From the NCBI RefSeq assembly GCF_001194135.2, contig NC_068982.1:96348819-96412818 (forward strand): a stretch of 64,000 bases of DNA. The letters run 5' to 3'. Source of the stretch: Octopus bimaculoides (Eukaryota). The translations under genes and the position numbers were made by a program. This document shows positions 24,468-36,907 of this stretch, one piece after another (within the stretch, counting starts at the first letter, position 1; every line of letters begins with the position of its first letter). Below the pieces are notes generated by a model that saw only the letters and a program-made list of their open reading frames with translations, was not told the DNA's origin and searched no databases.

Positions 24468-25362
24468 GGTGAGCTACAATCACTAGTTGAACAGTCTATA
24501 GACCTATCAAAACAAGTCTTGATATCCCTCTGGATGGAACATCTGACTGCTACACTGCAACTTATACTGTACCACCAAATATTCTTTTCTACTCTAGGCA
24601 CAAGGCCTGACATTTTTGGAGAGGGGCACCAGTCAATTAGATCAATGCCAATATGCAACTGGTACTTAATTTATTGACCCCAAAAGGATGAAAGCAAAGT
24701 TGACATCAGTGGAATCTGAACTCAGAACATAAAGACAGTCCTAATACCGCTAAGCATTTTGCCTGGCATACTAACGTTTCTGCCAGATTGCTGCCTTTGT
24801 ACTACCAAATATTGCATGATTAACTGTGCAGTATGGTTCAAAACCAGACTAAAGAACAGTATGTCAAGTATGTGCTGAACATGTGATTAGCTGTATATCT
24901 TTGATATGGGTTTTGTTAAACAGACAAGACTAGGTCTTCTCCAACAATAACAGTATGAGCCAGTGAGAGAATCTTTACATAATTACTTGGCATGTGAAAA
25001 CAATTGACAAATTTTGTCAAAATCACATTCATCCTCTCCAAAGGGGAAGGACATATTGCATAATGTAATCCTATATATGTACATTATCTGAAAATAAGAT
25101 GTGATAGTTAGGCCTGGAATGCTTTGACCATAAGTCTGTTTGATCAGAACGGACTTTGGGCTGAACAGTTTTGTTTACTGTCTGACTTGACTTTCTATAT
25201 ATTAAACCAATTTGGACTCACAACTCATTGGTTGGTAGCATTTTAACTATTTCAGCAGGAAAATGATTGCAATTGATTACATGAATACCAAAGAGTTCTG
25301 ATAACCTGCAGTAATCCAAATCTAGAGTTCAATACCCAGTTAAACCATCTCATTTCATTTAG

Positions 25363-25417
25363 AATATCTGGTTGTTCATAATAGCCTGGAGAGGGAGAAG
25401 GCTAACTTGGCCTCAAT
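25363..25417 (+). CDS. Unidentified host gene, coding exon E (E-YLVVHNSLEREKANLAS), phase 1-2
   Basis: Acceptor CATCTCATTTCATTTAG, donor AT|GTATGT; joins exon D as KEFP-E-YLVV. Confidence 0.7.
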
Positions 25418-26549
25418 GTATGTGCAGAGCTAATGACATTAATAAGGTATTGAAAGAGAGGGTGGCGGTGGTCATTATTGTTTACAGACATTCATTGTTT
25501 GATCTAGTTAAGAAAGAATATGCTTTCCTTTGTAGCTCAGTAGAACACCTAGGTGAATAGGCTACCTCTATATCTCTCCTGAAGAGGTGTTGATTAGGCA
25601 AGATAATACCAAACAAAATTCTATACAAGTGGCTTATTTATCAACTGTCACATCTATGATAGGGATTTAATACCTACTGCGTCTATACTATCATTCAAAG
25701 TACACCTGGCTCTTCACTTGCTTAGAGTGACCATGACAACCACTTGTACTGTAAGCAGTGTGGGAATTCGATTGGAATCGTAATAGGGAGTATAAAGGGT
25801 AGATTTGAAAATGAAAATAACATAGCACACCTTTAATGGTTCATTGATCTGTAAACAAAGTAATGTGTATAGCATTTTTATTTATCTAGCATACACACAC
25901 ACACACACACATTCAATTAGGTGAATTTGTGTGGGTGGATGCATGTTAGATAAGGGGTTACACACCCACACACATATATACACACACTTAGAATATAATT
26001 TTAATTCTAAAAATGCAAAATACTGACTCATTTTTTTTTTGTTTAAAAGAAGAGCAAGCTGTGTCACTAAAATCTTGCAGTTACTTCTTTTTAGCATTTA
26101 GTAGTTCTTGAGTTTAGTTTACATTGAGATTGACTTCTAGAAATGTATATTTTTATTTAAAGCCTTGAATTCACTCCACCACTCTCTTGCTTATAGATTC
26201 ATTCATTCATGTAATAAAATTTGTGAAGCTTGGAGTAGCCACAGAGTGAATCAAGTTTCTAATTTTTTTTAATAAAGTTTCCTTGTAATGAGCTCTTTTT
26301 CTCCCATTTGCATAAAGAAACGCCCCCTCCCCGTGCACTTCACACAACATTTAATATCTATTCCTTCAAGTTTGAATCTTTTCTGTGGCTTTTAGGTTTC
26401 TGCTGTAAGATTTTGCTGTAAAAAAGCATCTGTGTTTTGATTAGCAAGAGTTTGAGGTTCTTTGCCATTTAAACCTCCAGGTTAGCCCTGATTGAGATGA
26501 TCTAGAGTGATTGGCATTCCAGTTATAACCAGTACTTTGGGATAGAGCT

Positions 26550-27660
26550 TCCTGTTTGACATGGCCATGCCAACTTGAATGTTTTCTCATGTGTTGTATC
26601 TATCCATCATAAGTACATGGTTCTTACCAGTGAGATTTTACCTCTTTCACCAATCTCAAAACGACATTGTCGGTAGTATCATCTAGCTCCTCTACTTTTC
26701 TGTCACCTCCTCTCTGTGTATTTTTCTGCATTCATGATGCATTCTGTTTCCTCTTCACACAAAATGATTTTATTACAAATTTTATGGGTTTGTCTTTTGT
26801 TCATGCACATCTTGTTTTTGGTTAATATCATCCCTTCATCTAGGCTAAGCTACTGCTCTGAGTTGTAATGCTCATGAAATTTATTCAGCAGTGTGTTGAG
26901 TAGTGGCCTAACTTTATATATCTTGTCTGATTTGTCTATGGTTTCATCATTTTCATTGATTACATGAAGGTATGGGTATGCCCTAAAAGTAAATCACCTG
27001 GCCCTTGACATAACTTCTTCGAAGTCATATGTGTGTGTGACAAGTTTTTTGCCATCTGACTCCCTGTATATACTGTAGCTTAATCACACAAATTTCTGTT
27101 TCAAGATGCAGGCCCATAAAGGTTTTGCTTCTTCAACACTAAAGACTTTTGCAATTTTTACAATAATATTTATTGGGGGTTGTTTCTCAGGCCTGCATGG
27201 CAAGCAGATTGGTTTGGTAGGTGAGGTTTTCCAAGAATTGATCATCCAGAAATATGTTCACAAATTCAGTTGGCTTACACTCACCATTTATGCTATCTGG
27301 AATGTTTTTAGACTCACAATTTGAAGCATCAAATGGGTCTGTGCCAATAGCGTCTGCATAGTCTTTGCAGGCATTCAATTTTGTAGTGCTACGCCCCCTT
27401 TTTGCACCACAGGATTCATTATCCAAATCATCTTCACTGTCACTGCTTTCACTTCTTACACTGTGCCTGTCGTTGTCAGAAATAGATTCCAAGTCACTAT
27501 CTGAGTAATCCACATAATTTTTGGCAGTTAATTTCCTGAATTTATCCAATATGTTAAACTGGCTCTTATATCTTGATCCTGATGGCCCTGGCACATTTTC
27601 ACACACTAGAGCTTGTTTCAGTGTGAAATTTCTCCCTGTTTCTACAAGAACATGCCATCA
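26550..27660 (-). pseudogene. Decayed piggyBac (DDE_Tnp_1_7-like) transposase
   Basis: Acidic N-terminal tract (SDSDLESISDND..ESSDSEDD), PTEFVNIFLDDQFLENLTYQTNL, DKIYKVRPLLNTLLNKF, LSLDEGMI (26826-26840), KDKPIKF and HVLMMDRY motifs; stops and frameshifts; no TIRs found. Confidence 0.85.
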
Positions 27661-27960
27661 AAACAATTGGATTGGGCACCGATATATTGTCTTACTTTCA
27701 GATATAACAGACATTCTAATTGGCCAATCGAAAAGGATCAAAACTCACTTAATCAAACACATACTGTACTCACTGACACTATACGCTACAGCATGTGCAC
27801 ACCTAGCATTGCCACTGCTATACCAGTGTATGAATTGTCAATATTCTCGTTCAGCAGCAGACAATACACATGTTTCAAGTGCAGACTTCTTATATCAGGT
27901 ACCCATCCTCCTCCACTTTCTTCCCTGGTTGATACTTTGTAAAGTACCAGTACTTGTAGG
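27650..27960 (-). pseudogene. Degenerate SWIM-like zinc-finger module upstream of the piggyBac transposase
   Basis: GGWVPDI...YCLL, then SYTGIA/GNARCAHAVA (decayed CxC...CxH), then CPIQLF*WHV (compare CTSxxCxWHVP); the last part is in frame with the transposase. Confidence 0.35.
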
Positions 27961-29301
27961 TTGAGACACATTGTTGTTTTGGGGCTGACTTTTATCATCC
28001 ATAAATAAATGCACCTTTGTCAAATGATGAAATGAATTGAAACCTTAAACAAATCTACAAGTTCAAACAGTTCAAAGGATAGACATCTACTATGTTTTAT
28101 CTGAACTGTTACTATTAAATTTGCCCTGATATTATTTTAATTTGTTCTGAGTTTATTTTAATTTTTGTTTTGAAATAATTTAATTAGTTTTGAGTTTGTT
28201 TCAATTTGTACATGGAACGGTATAGTTGACTCTTAATAGAGTTGTTGTTTAACTCCAAGCCAGCTCTAATCAAGTAGACCTATGACCAAAAAGCATTCTA
28301 GCCATGACCACCCTATCTGTATTCCAGAAACTACATCATCCAGTTGTGTTCTTCATTTTCTTAGGACAGTAGAGAAAGACTTAAGAGAGATTTGACTGCT
28401 ATTTTGCACACATAGGAGCTCCCTTATTGCCTTGGTAGTGGTGCAGGATGACAGTTGTCATCATGTGGTCATGTTGATCATAGTGATGGTCATTGTGGTA
28501 ATGATTGTGTGTTAAGATGGTGGTAGTGATGGTGGTATTTAAAGCAATTATCTGTGGTGGTTGTGATTTTTTGGTATTTGGCTTGTTGGTCATGTTGCTT
28601 GTTGGTGATACTGCTGTTGATCATATAGATGGCAGTGTTACTGCCTCTGCCTCCTCTTCATTGTGGTAATGGTGCTGGCAGTATAATAGTGTATGTATGT
28701 AAATGTTTGTTTATGCTGACTGCATGTATACTTGCATGAGATTGTATATTAGCCTAAGACCATATATCCATGTCTAAATATTGCTGGTTTTCCCCTGTGT
28801 ATCTATTAGATATGTATATGTTTTTATGTGGCCTATATGTGTATTTATGTGTTTGTGCATGAATGCATATGTATACATTACTGTTTAGAGCATTGGGGAA
28901 GTGGGTTGTTGGCTTGTCTGTGTATGTATGTGTATAGGTATATATGTGTATGTATGCATTGATTCTAGAGTTACTCTGATAAGATAAGCTGTTGAATCAG
29001 AGTTGCTAATTTTTTTGTTTTTGCTTTTCTTATTTTATTTATTTATTTATTTTTAATGTGTTTTTCATTTGTGCAATGCTTCATTCAGTCCTGGAGAGCT
29101 GGTATCAGCCCTAGGTTCGTTATAAATATCTAACTTTGAGGTTTATAAGATTGTGAGTTTATGGATTGTTACAGGTATGAAATGGATAAAGTAGATTGTA
29201 TAATTGTTTGGTGGCTCATGAGTCATGAGATGACATCATATTGTGGGCTTTTCATTTGCCTAAGCCCACCTGACTGATATGATAATTTGCTTTCCATCCA
29301 G

Positions 29302-29375
29302 GGAAGCAGTTGTTTCTTGTCTGCTTAAAAACTCCATGAGCCCACCATATGATTTTTTGATGGTTTTGAAAAGCG
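29302..29375 (+). CDS. Unidentified host gene, coding exon F (M-EAVVSCLLKNSMSPPYDFLMVLKS), phase 2-1
   Basis: Acceptor ATTTGCTTTCCATCCAG; only the phase-2 frame is open, as exon E requires; donor G|GTTAAC is weak (alternative at 29362). Confidence 0.6.
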
Positions 29376-29455
29376 GTTAACATTTATGTTAACTATCATT
29401 GAATATGTTTTGGGTACATAAGAGTATCAAGGCAGAGTGGGTGTGTCCCTCCACG

Positions 29456-29463
<8 letters not shown>

Positions 29464-29548
<85 letters not shown>
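29464..29548. repeat. (CA)n microsatellite
   Basis: Perfect run preceded by (CG)n. Confidence 0.95.
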
Positions 29549-29551
<3 letters not shown>

Positions 29552-31779
29552 CTTTCTTGCTATGTTAAATGAAGTACAGAAAATAAGACCAGTTTGAAGA
29601 AAAACTTTCATTCACGGCTTTTAGGAAGGTAGAACCAGGTACTTGGTGTTTAATGTGTAATTTTGTTTTGTTGCTGTTAATATAGTTTGTTTTTATTGTA
29701 ACGTTATTTTACTCTCAATCTCTCTCTCTCAAATGTCACTTTGAAGAATGGCAAAGCTGCTCTCAAGCTAATACATGCACATACAGCATACATATTCATG
29801 CACTTACCCCCACACTCACACACCTTTCACATTTGTTTACTCCTACATTTCACACACATTTATCCACCCACACTTCACACCTAGGCACCTCCCTCCTCCC
29901 TGCACCCATTCAGGCAAGCCACTCTACCTCACTATTGCATCGACAATTTTTATACATCTACTTTAGCTCAATAAGAGCGTACATATAGACCAGTATAGGC
30001 ATTTGAGACAGAGGAAAAGTTAGTAGGCTGAGAGGATGGAAATACAGAAACCAGCAACAAACATACACACGCAAACTTGTGCACAATGGAATGTTGAATC
30101 ACACACATACACACACACAATGAACTGCAAAGATAAACATCCAGAAATCAGAAAATGAAATTTAGAAACACATGTATAGCAAATTGAAGTCCTTTTCACA
30201 TCCATTACATATGTGTTTGTGTATGTGTGTGCATGTATGTGTGCATGCACACAGTGATACTTATGCATAAGCACATTTACACACACACACACACACATAC
30301 ACATATATATGAAATGTTATTTATTTATAAATGTGTGTATGTGTAAACATGTGTCAATGTGCACAGACACAACTATATATACATAACTACATACATATAT
30401 ACATATGTATGTATATCATGGCTAGTATAATGTTATGTTTTTATTGCTGCATATCCTGGGAATAAAAAGTTCAGAAGAAAGCATATCAAATTGAACTTTT
30501 CAATTATTTTCTATAAATAAATAACATCTTTAAGAATTGGGGAGCTTGGGACCATTCTGCTTGCTGTTGCAATACAAGAGAGGGGGACGGGTAGATAGGT
30601 TGAGAGACAGACGACCAGTGGAGTAGACAGATAACAGGGGAGAAGGTTGAGTTTTTGTTGAATTCCAGCACACATATTACCAGGATTCTTTCATTTGAAT
30701 TCTTGGCCCTGTGGGAACCTGCTTTATTTACTTTCTTTGAAACAAGGACATTATATACCCACCCTGTCTCCTAGAAATAGCAGCTAAAATTTTCCAATAT
30801 TTCACCCTTCTATCTTAAAAAGAAAGAAAGGGGCAAGTTTGAAATAGTTAAAAGATTATCTTGAAAGGAATACCTTTGCATGTTGGCCACAGCTGTATTT
30901 GATGATGGTTTCTGGAAAGGTATTTATGCACCAACTACTGCTTTCCTTTCTTTCTCATAATTTAGAAGTTTTATCATCCATAAATCATCGTTTAAATTTT
31001 AATTAGAGGATTTTTGTATTGCATCAAAATCTCTCACTTTCTACAATACTATAATGAAAAATATCACATCTTATATCTCTCTTACATCATGATATTTAGT
31101 CATAGCACATCTGTAAAATATATATTCAGTTGATATATACAAGAAGGATAACTGCATATGTCTCGACATTCACAGAAAATAGATGCATGCTTCACGGTGA
31201 ATAGTATGCTATGAAGCATCCTGAGTAAACTGTCTACTTTGCCTTTTATCCTTTCAGGGTTGTTAGAATAGAATACTAGTAAAGTGCTGGGGCTGGTGAT
31301 ACCCACTTACCGCTCCCCTCAAAATGGCTCGCCTTGCACCTAAATTAGAAGCTTTATTATTCAGCCCCTTATAGATCTATGGTTAAAGATGTTCAAATGT
31401 AATAATTCAATCTTTATTTAAAGTGTAATGTATTCAGAAATAATTTTTTTTTTGTAAGACAGGTGAGTTGTGATATGAAGGAGATGTGGCTCCTGTTTCT
31501 AGCAGGTCAAATGACCATGCAGAGGCCCCTTTTGCATTTAGGAGATACTACATTTCCTGATTGTCTTTGATCTTCCTGTCTAAATGGATTAATATATCCC
31601 AGAGTATAGTTGCTTTGTCATTTTTATAAGACATTTTGGTTAATGCTACTATTGTTTTCTTTGGTATCCTATAATGCTGGCATAATTCTTAGTAAATAAA
31701 TGCCTTAATTCAGTCATGCTTCCTTATATATTTAGTTTGACTAAAACGTGGGTGCCAGAGACAGTATTGTGCCTTCTCA

Positions 31780-32010
31780 GCCTTTGCATATTCTACAGTT
31801 ACTTGCATTCTATAAAGGGTGAGAGCAGCATTATTCTTGGGGAGACTCTGGATGCCAAAGAAGATCAACTGAACAGTCTGTTCTGAAAGACTTTCAGCTT
31901 ATGAACTATTGACAACTTCCAGAAATCTTTGGCCTGGCAGTGCTACTGGTTGGGGAGGTGGGGCATTACTAGTTCAGGCTAAGCTTTTCAGACATAGAAG
32001 TGCTATCAGC
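31780..32010 (+). mobile_element. Possible APE-endonuclease remnant of a LINE
   Basis: SSIILG(G)D-like and frameshifted FSDH-like motifs at plausible spacing; very decayed. Confidence 0.25.
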
Positions 32011-34220
32011 TTGGCCTACATGAGATGTATGCAAAATAATCAAAATTTTTGTGTATGCATTTGTTTAGTATCTAAGTGTTACTGACTTGCAGAATTATGT
32101 CAAATGGTTGTTGTCTGTAGGATAGATCTAGCTATCAGCTCAGTCCATTATGAGGATTTCCTCATCTCTTTGTGCCTAAGAAGGGCAGGTAGGTTTACAT
32201 TGTATAATGTATAGTGCACTAGACCAAGCCCATATCAACTTCAAGTTCCACTTGGAAGGGTTAGTATGAAGAGGGTAGTGCTACCCTCCAATAGATTTTC
32301 TGAATGGTGAGTGAAAGTAATGAGAACAGTCCATATGAATGGGCCCAATCTCAGCAAGTATTTTAAACCAGAGAACACAGCTGAGAGAAAGCATTTCCCT
32401 TTGGTAATTAGGGCAATTCTATATCTGTAGTGCATTCTATTTCATATCTTTTGAATACTTTTGTTTGCCATTCCTTTTTGGGATTTTTCCATAATTGATT
32501 CTCCATAACCTCTCTGGTTATATTTGTAATTTGTTCTTGTAATGTTCCTTCATTTACCATCCTTGTGTCATTGACATTGTTTAGTGGAGAAGCAGAGAGT
32601 AGACCATCACCTTAAACATCTTATAGTATTTGGTTTCTTCTTATATTTTGAGTTCATATCCCATTGGATTCAACAGTTTGAGGTCAATGGAATAAGTAAT
32701 ACGCATGTATAGAGGTTGATTTAATCAAATCAACAAATCTGTGGCCTTGTGCCAATGCAGGATGCTATTTTTGTTATTTTGTTGTTGTTTTTATTAGGGC
32801 AGTAGATGGCAGAATTGGGACAGTGCCAAACAAAATGCTTTGTGGTATTTAATTATGTTCTTTTACATTGTGACTTCAAATGTTGCTGAGGTTGACTTTG
32901 TTTTATCTATCCAGGGATCAATTAAAGAAAGCAGTACCCGTCATTCAATGGGGTCAATTGAGTTGATTGATTCAACCTTAAACAGCTGTGGCATTATGCT
33001 TAATTCAGAAATCATTGTCAATAAAATACAGTACCACTCAAGATACAGGTTGATGTAAGAAACTATGTCCTGCTCCTCAAAAGCAACTATGCTTTTGTGG
33101 AAAATTTAAAAGACAAAATTATATATTTTTTTTTTATTTTCATAAATGTTTATAAATTATTATTTACAATAGACATTATTTTTACAAGTGTCTAGTGAAA
33201 AGTATGTTAATGTTATTAACAACACTAATAGTTATATTAATTATAGCAATTGATATAGTAAATTCCTCAAGCCTATCCTGTTTGTTTAATGTTCAAACAG
33301 CTGCAACATAGTAATAATAGTAGCAACATCAGTAATATTAGTAGTGATATTTCTGGTATATCTTTCCAATGGTTTCAAGTTGAAAGTTTAATTTAGTCCA
33401 CAATTAAGACTGTATTTAGTGATTACAAATATAATGGTGGTATTAATCTAAATTGAGTCAGCTTCTTTGTCTTTATTGCATGGCTTGCAGCTTACTGTAT
33501 CAAATTCTTGTATTGTTCAGGGATTTGCTAATGTGGTTGTGTTTTATTTCTTGCTGCCAAACTATCATGTTTGGTGGCTCCTAACTTAGAACAAACTCTA
33601 GGTTACAATATTTAAACACTTTACAACTATTTGTAATAGGGTATTTTGTGAGGCTATAACTAGTTGGAAACTGTCAGATTAAATTAGTGCAGCAGGGAGG
33701 TCTTGGAAGTTACAGGTAATATGAAACTGTTAGATTATATTTGTAGGGTATTTGGTGAGGTTCCTTGTAGCAGATAGTTGAGGGTACATGTAGTTGTATC
33801 CTCAGCCCCTGGTTGTAAATACTTTTAACCAGAAGCATTTCAGCTAAGCTGTCTTTTTGTACCTTTAGGAATACACTGACCAATGTATCTTTGCTATTAT
33901 AACCATGTGGGGAATGAAGTTACATGTAGTAGTTAACTTTGAAGTTAATAATTGTAGAAGACTGGAAAGTTTCAAGTAATTGGAGCTGTGATACCATGAA
34001 CATAAGAGGCTGGGAGATTAACATCAGTCTGAACCTTAGTTTGTAGATGTTGTACACGTGCTACTTCTGTTGAGTAGTGGTAGTGTAAAAATCAAGAAAT
34101 ATTTCTAAATACTAATTAATAATTTTGTGATATAATGCTATTGTTTAGTTTCATGTTTGGTTGGACATTAGTTATCATTGTGTTAGGAACTTTTATTGTT
34201 ATGCTACCTTCTTTTTGCAG

Positions 34221-34243
34221 AGGTTGCAACCTACAAGAAATAA
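34221..34243 (+). CDS. Unidentified host gene, putative terminal exon G (E-VATYKK*)
   Basis: Strong acceptor TACCTTCTTTTTGCAG; the phase-1 join gives VLKS-E-VATYKK-stop; AATAAA near 34425. Confidence 0.5.
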
Positions 34244-34510
34244 GCTAAAGAAAGTGCCTTGTGATTATTAGCATTTGAATGTGTCTCTCTCCTGCTGTCT
34301 TAAAAAAAGGCATATGCGATGATGTAGCATTTGATATCCTATATCTGGAAAAGACAGGTTGATCATGGCTGGAATTCCTTTGATCACTGGTCTTTCTAGA
34401 CTAGCGGTAGGCTAAACAACAGATAAATAAAAGATGATTTGTTGTACAACCTTTGCTAATTGCCATTCATTAAATGTAATTTTAAATGGAGTTATTTACT
34501 TTTTGTTAGT

Positions 34511-34990
34511 CAAAATTGGGGCAGCTGTAGTATATGGTATGTATAGTGAATGGTAACTGAAGTAGTCTAAATTAGGGCAGTAGCAGAGAATGGATGACAG
34601 GGTATGTCTAAACTGAGGTAGTTGCAGAGAATGGGGAATAGAGCTTATCAGAATTAGGGCNNNNNNNNNNGGGGGGGGGGGGTAGTCTGAATTAAGGCAG
34701 TTGTACTAAATGGGGAACAGGGCTTTCTAAATTGGGGCATTTGCAGAGAAGGGGGAACAGAGTTTGTCTAAATTGGGGCATTTGCAGAGAATGGGGAATA
34801 GAGCTTATCAGAATTAGGGCAGTAGTACTGAATGGGGGACAGGGCTATTCTAAATTGGAGCAGTTGTAGTGAATGGGGAATAAGGGACAGGGTTTTTCTA
34901 AATTGGGGTAGTTGTAGTGAATGGGGGGGGGGGCAGGGCTTTTCTAAATTGGTGCTATTGTAGTGTATTGCAAATATACTAAATTGGAGT
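34511..34990. repeat. G-rich ~40-bp minisatellite
   Basis: Repeating unit approximately GGGCTTTTCTAAATTGGGGCAGTTGCAGAGAATGGGGAACA; small gap at 34661-34670. Confidence 0.85.
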
Positions 34991-35464
34991 AAGTGTAAAT
35001 ACAATTTAGAAGAATGCTAGGCAGATGAGATTTTTAGGATATTAGATCTAATTATATATGAAGTGACAATGTTAAACACTCAAACTTTGGCCACCTCTCA
35101 AATCCAGGCTGACCCGTATGGCTTATGGAGTGTTCCCTTAGGCTAACAAATAAATAAAAACAAGACAGATTTGACCTTTTTAACCTTCTAATACATTTTT
35201 ATTTGCATAAAGGTATAATGACATAACTACAGATAGTTAAAGCAGGGACTCACATATGTAGTACAAGTCAAGAAACTTCAATTTACAGAGATTATCCTTG
35301 CAAATTACTAAACAAAACCTCATCTCTAAAATCTAAAAACAAAACAATAAAATCATGATTAAAATTTTGGGGAAAAATAGAAAATGCAGTTAGTAATAGG
35401 AGTGGTGAAAGCAAGACTCGTTTCAATTGTACTAGCTCTCTTCAACAAAGCATTATTTATGAAA

Positions 35465-35576
<112 letters not shown>

Positions 35577-36829
35577 GTAAACAAAAAGAATTTGTATATG
35601 TTAGTATAAGTTGTGCTTTATGATGTTTAGCTCTTCCAGGACTGAGACATAGAGTTAGATAACTGGATGATAATTGGTTAAATTTAAATTTGGATTCTAC
35701 ATGGTTAGTTGGTGTGTGTGAAATGCTGACAGAGTGTTTCAAGATGTGGTCTTGAAGAAGAAGGATAGGACAAAATATTTAGTTTGGCAACTGGGTGATG
35801 TGAAAACTAGGTGATAGGAGGTGGAGTGTTGGTATATTAATCAAGTTTAGGTTCAGATAGTACAGAATTGGTAATTTTAAAGTAACAGAGCCAATTGTAG
35901 TACATCTGTCGAAGTTTATCATAGGGATTTAGTTAAAAAAGAAAATGAACACTGATAAATGAATCATCTTTATGCACTTTATAAACTGTATAAATAGTAG
36001 ACTCAGTGATACCAAACTCGCAGCCCATAGCAAGAAATCTCCCACTGTTATATATTTTCTTGATCATCTCTACCTTTTCCTGTAGGGAATACACCCATTT
36101 GCTTTATCTGTTAGGATCAGACTCCTTTGTATTTTTGCTGTTCACTGGTCCCGTGTTGATGGGTACAAGTATGTAAACCTCATAGTACAAATATGTAAAC
36201 ACAAGCAATAGACAGTGCATTGGGTAGCTGAGCATTGTGAGTGGTTGCTGGGGTGCATTTTTGCAAAACAAGCAGACTCTTTAACTAATTGCCGACCTGT
36301 GTTATTACAGACCAGTCTGTGGTAATCATAACATGGTTCACAATTAAGCATACTGTGTTATCCTGGATCAGTGATGAATGAATCAGTGATAAGCAAGCCT
36401 GTATGTATCTGCTTGGAAAGTTTGGGAGGATATGCTATATGTAGTTGGAGAGTTTTGGTTAGTGAAAGCTTTCCTTTTAGGGGAATATAATTATTATAGT
36501 AACAATAAAAGTATAAAGTCATATTTATATGCATTTAGTTTTACAGCAAAATTAAGTTCATTAGGGCCTTTTTCAGCAGCTTGGGATGATGTCTGAGCTA
36601 ATTGGTTTCAGCTATTATTACCAGCAGTTTGGGAGGGAGATGGGAGCACATCCTGATAAATTGTTAAATAACAATGAAACTGGTTGGTCTAATCTTTATC
36701 CTTAGCTGCTAAAAAGCCATCATGGGCCTAATTTCAAAGTGAGACTGAATAGATATTGGGTATTAGTCTGTGTATTTATATATTTTATCAGATAGGCTCT
36801 TTCCTTGGATGATGTATAAATCTATATCA

Positions 36830-36833
<4 letters not shown>

Positions 36834-36904
<71 letters not shown>
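36834..36904. repeat. (TA)n microsatellite
   Basis: Perfect run; others at 19112-19144, 24433-24465, 60826-60862 and 61858-61900. Confidence 0.95.

Positions 36905-36907
<3 letters not shown>

Noticed and set aside
25363-25446. Alternative phase-0 reading NIWLFIIAWRGRR... to the AAG|GTATTG donor
   Set aside because: Incompatible with the phase-1 end of exon D and the phase-2 start of exon F.
29089-29114. Microexon candidate IPGELVSAL
   Set aside because: Weak signals; cannot be spliced in frame to exon F at 29302.
31241-31310. Strong acceptor TTGCCTTTTATCCTTTCAG
   Set aside because: Part of a SINE consensus; the downstream sequence has stops.
34560-34830. TTAGGG motifs as an interstitial telomere
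   Set aside because: Isolated hexamers inside ~40-bp minisatellite units, not tandem telomeric repeats.
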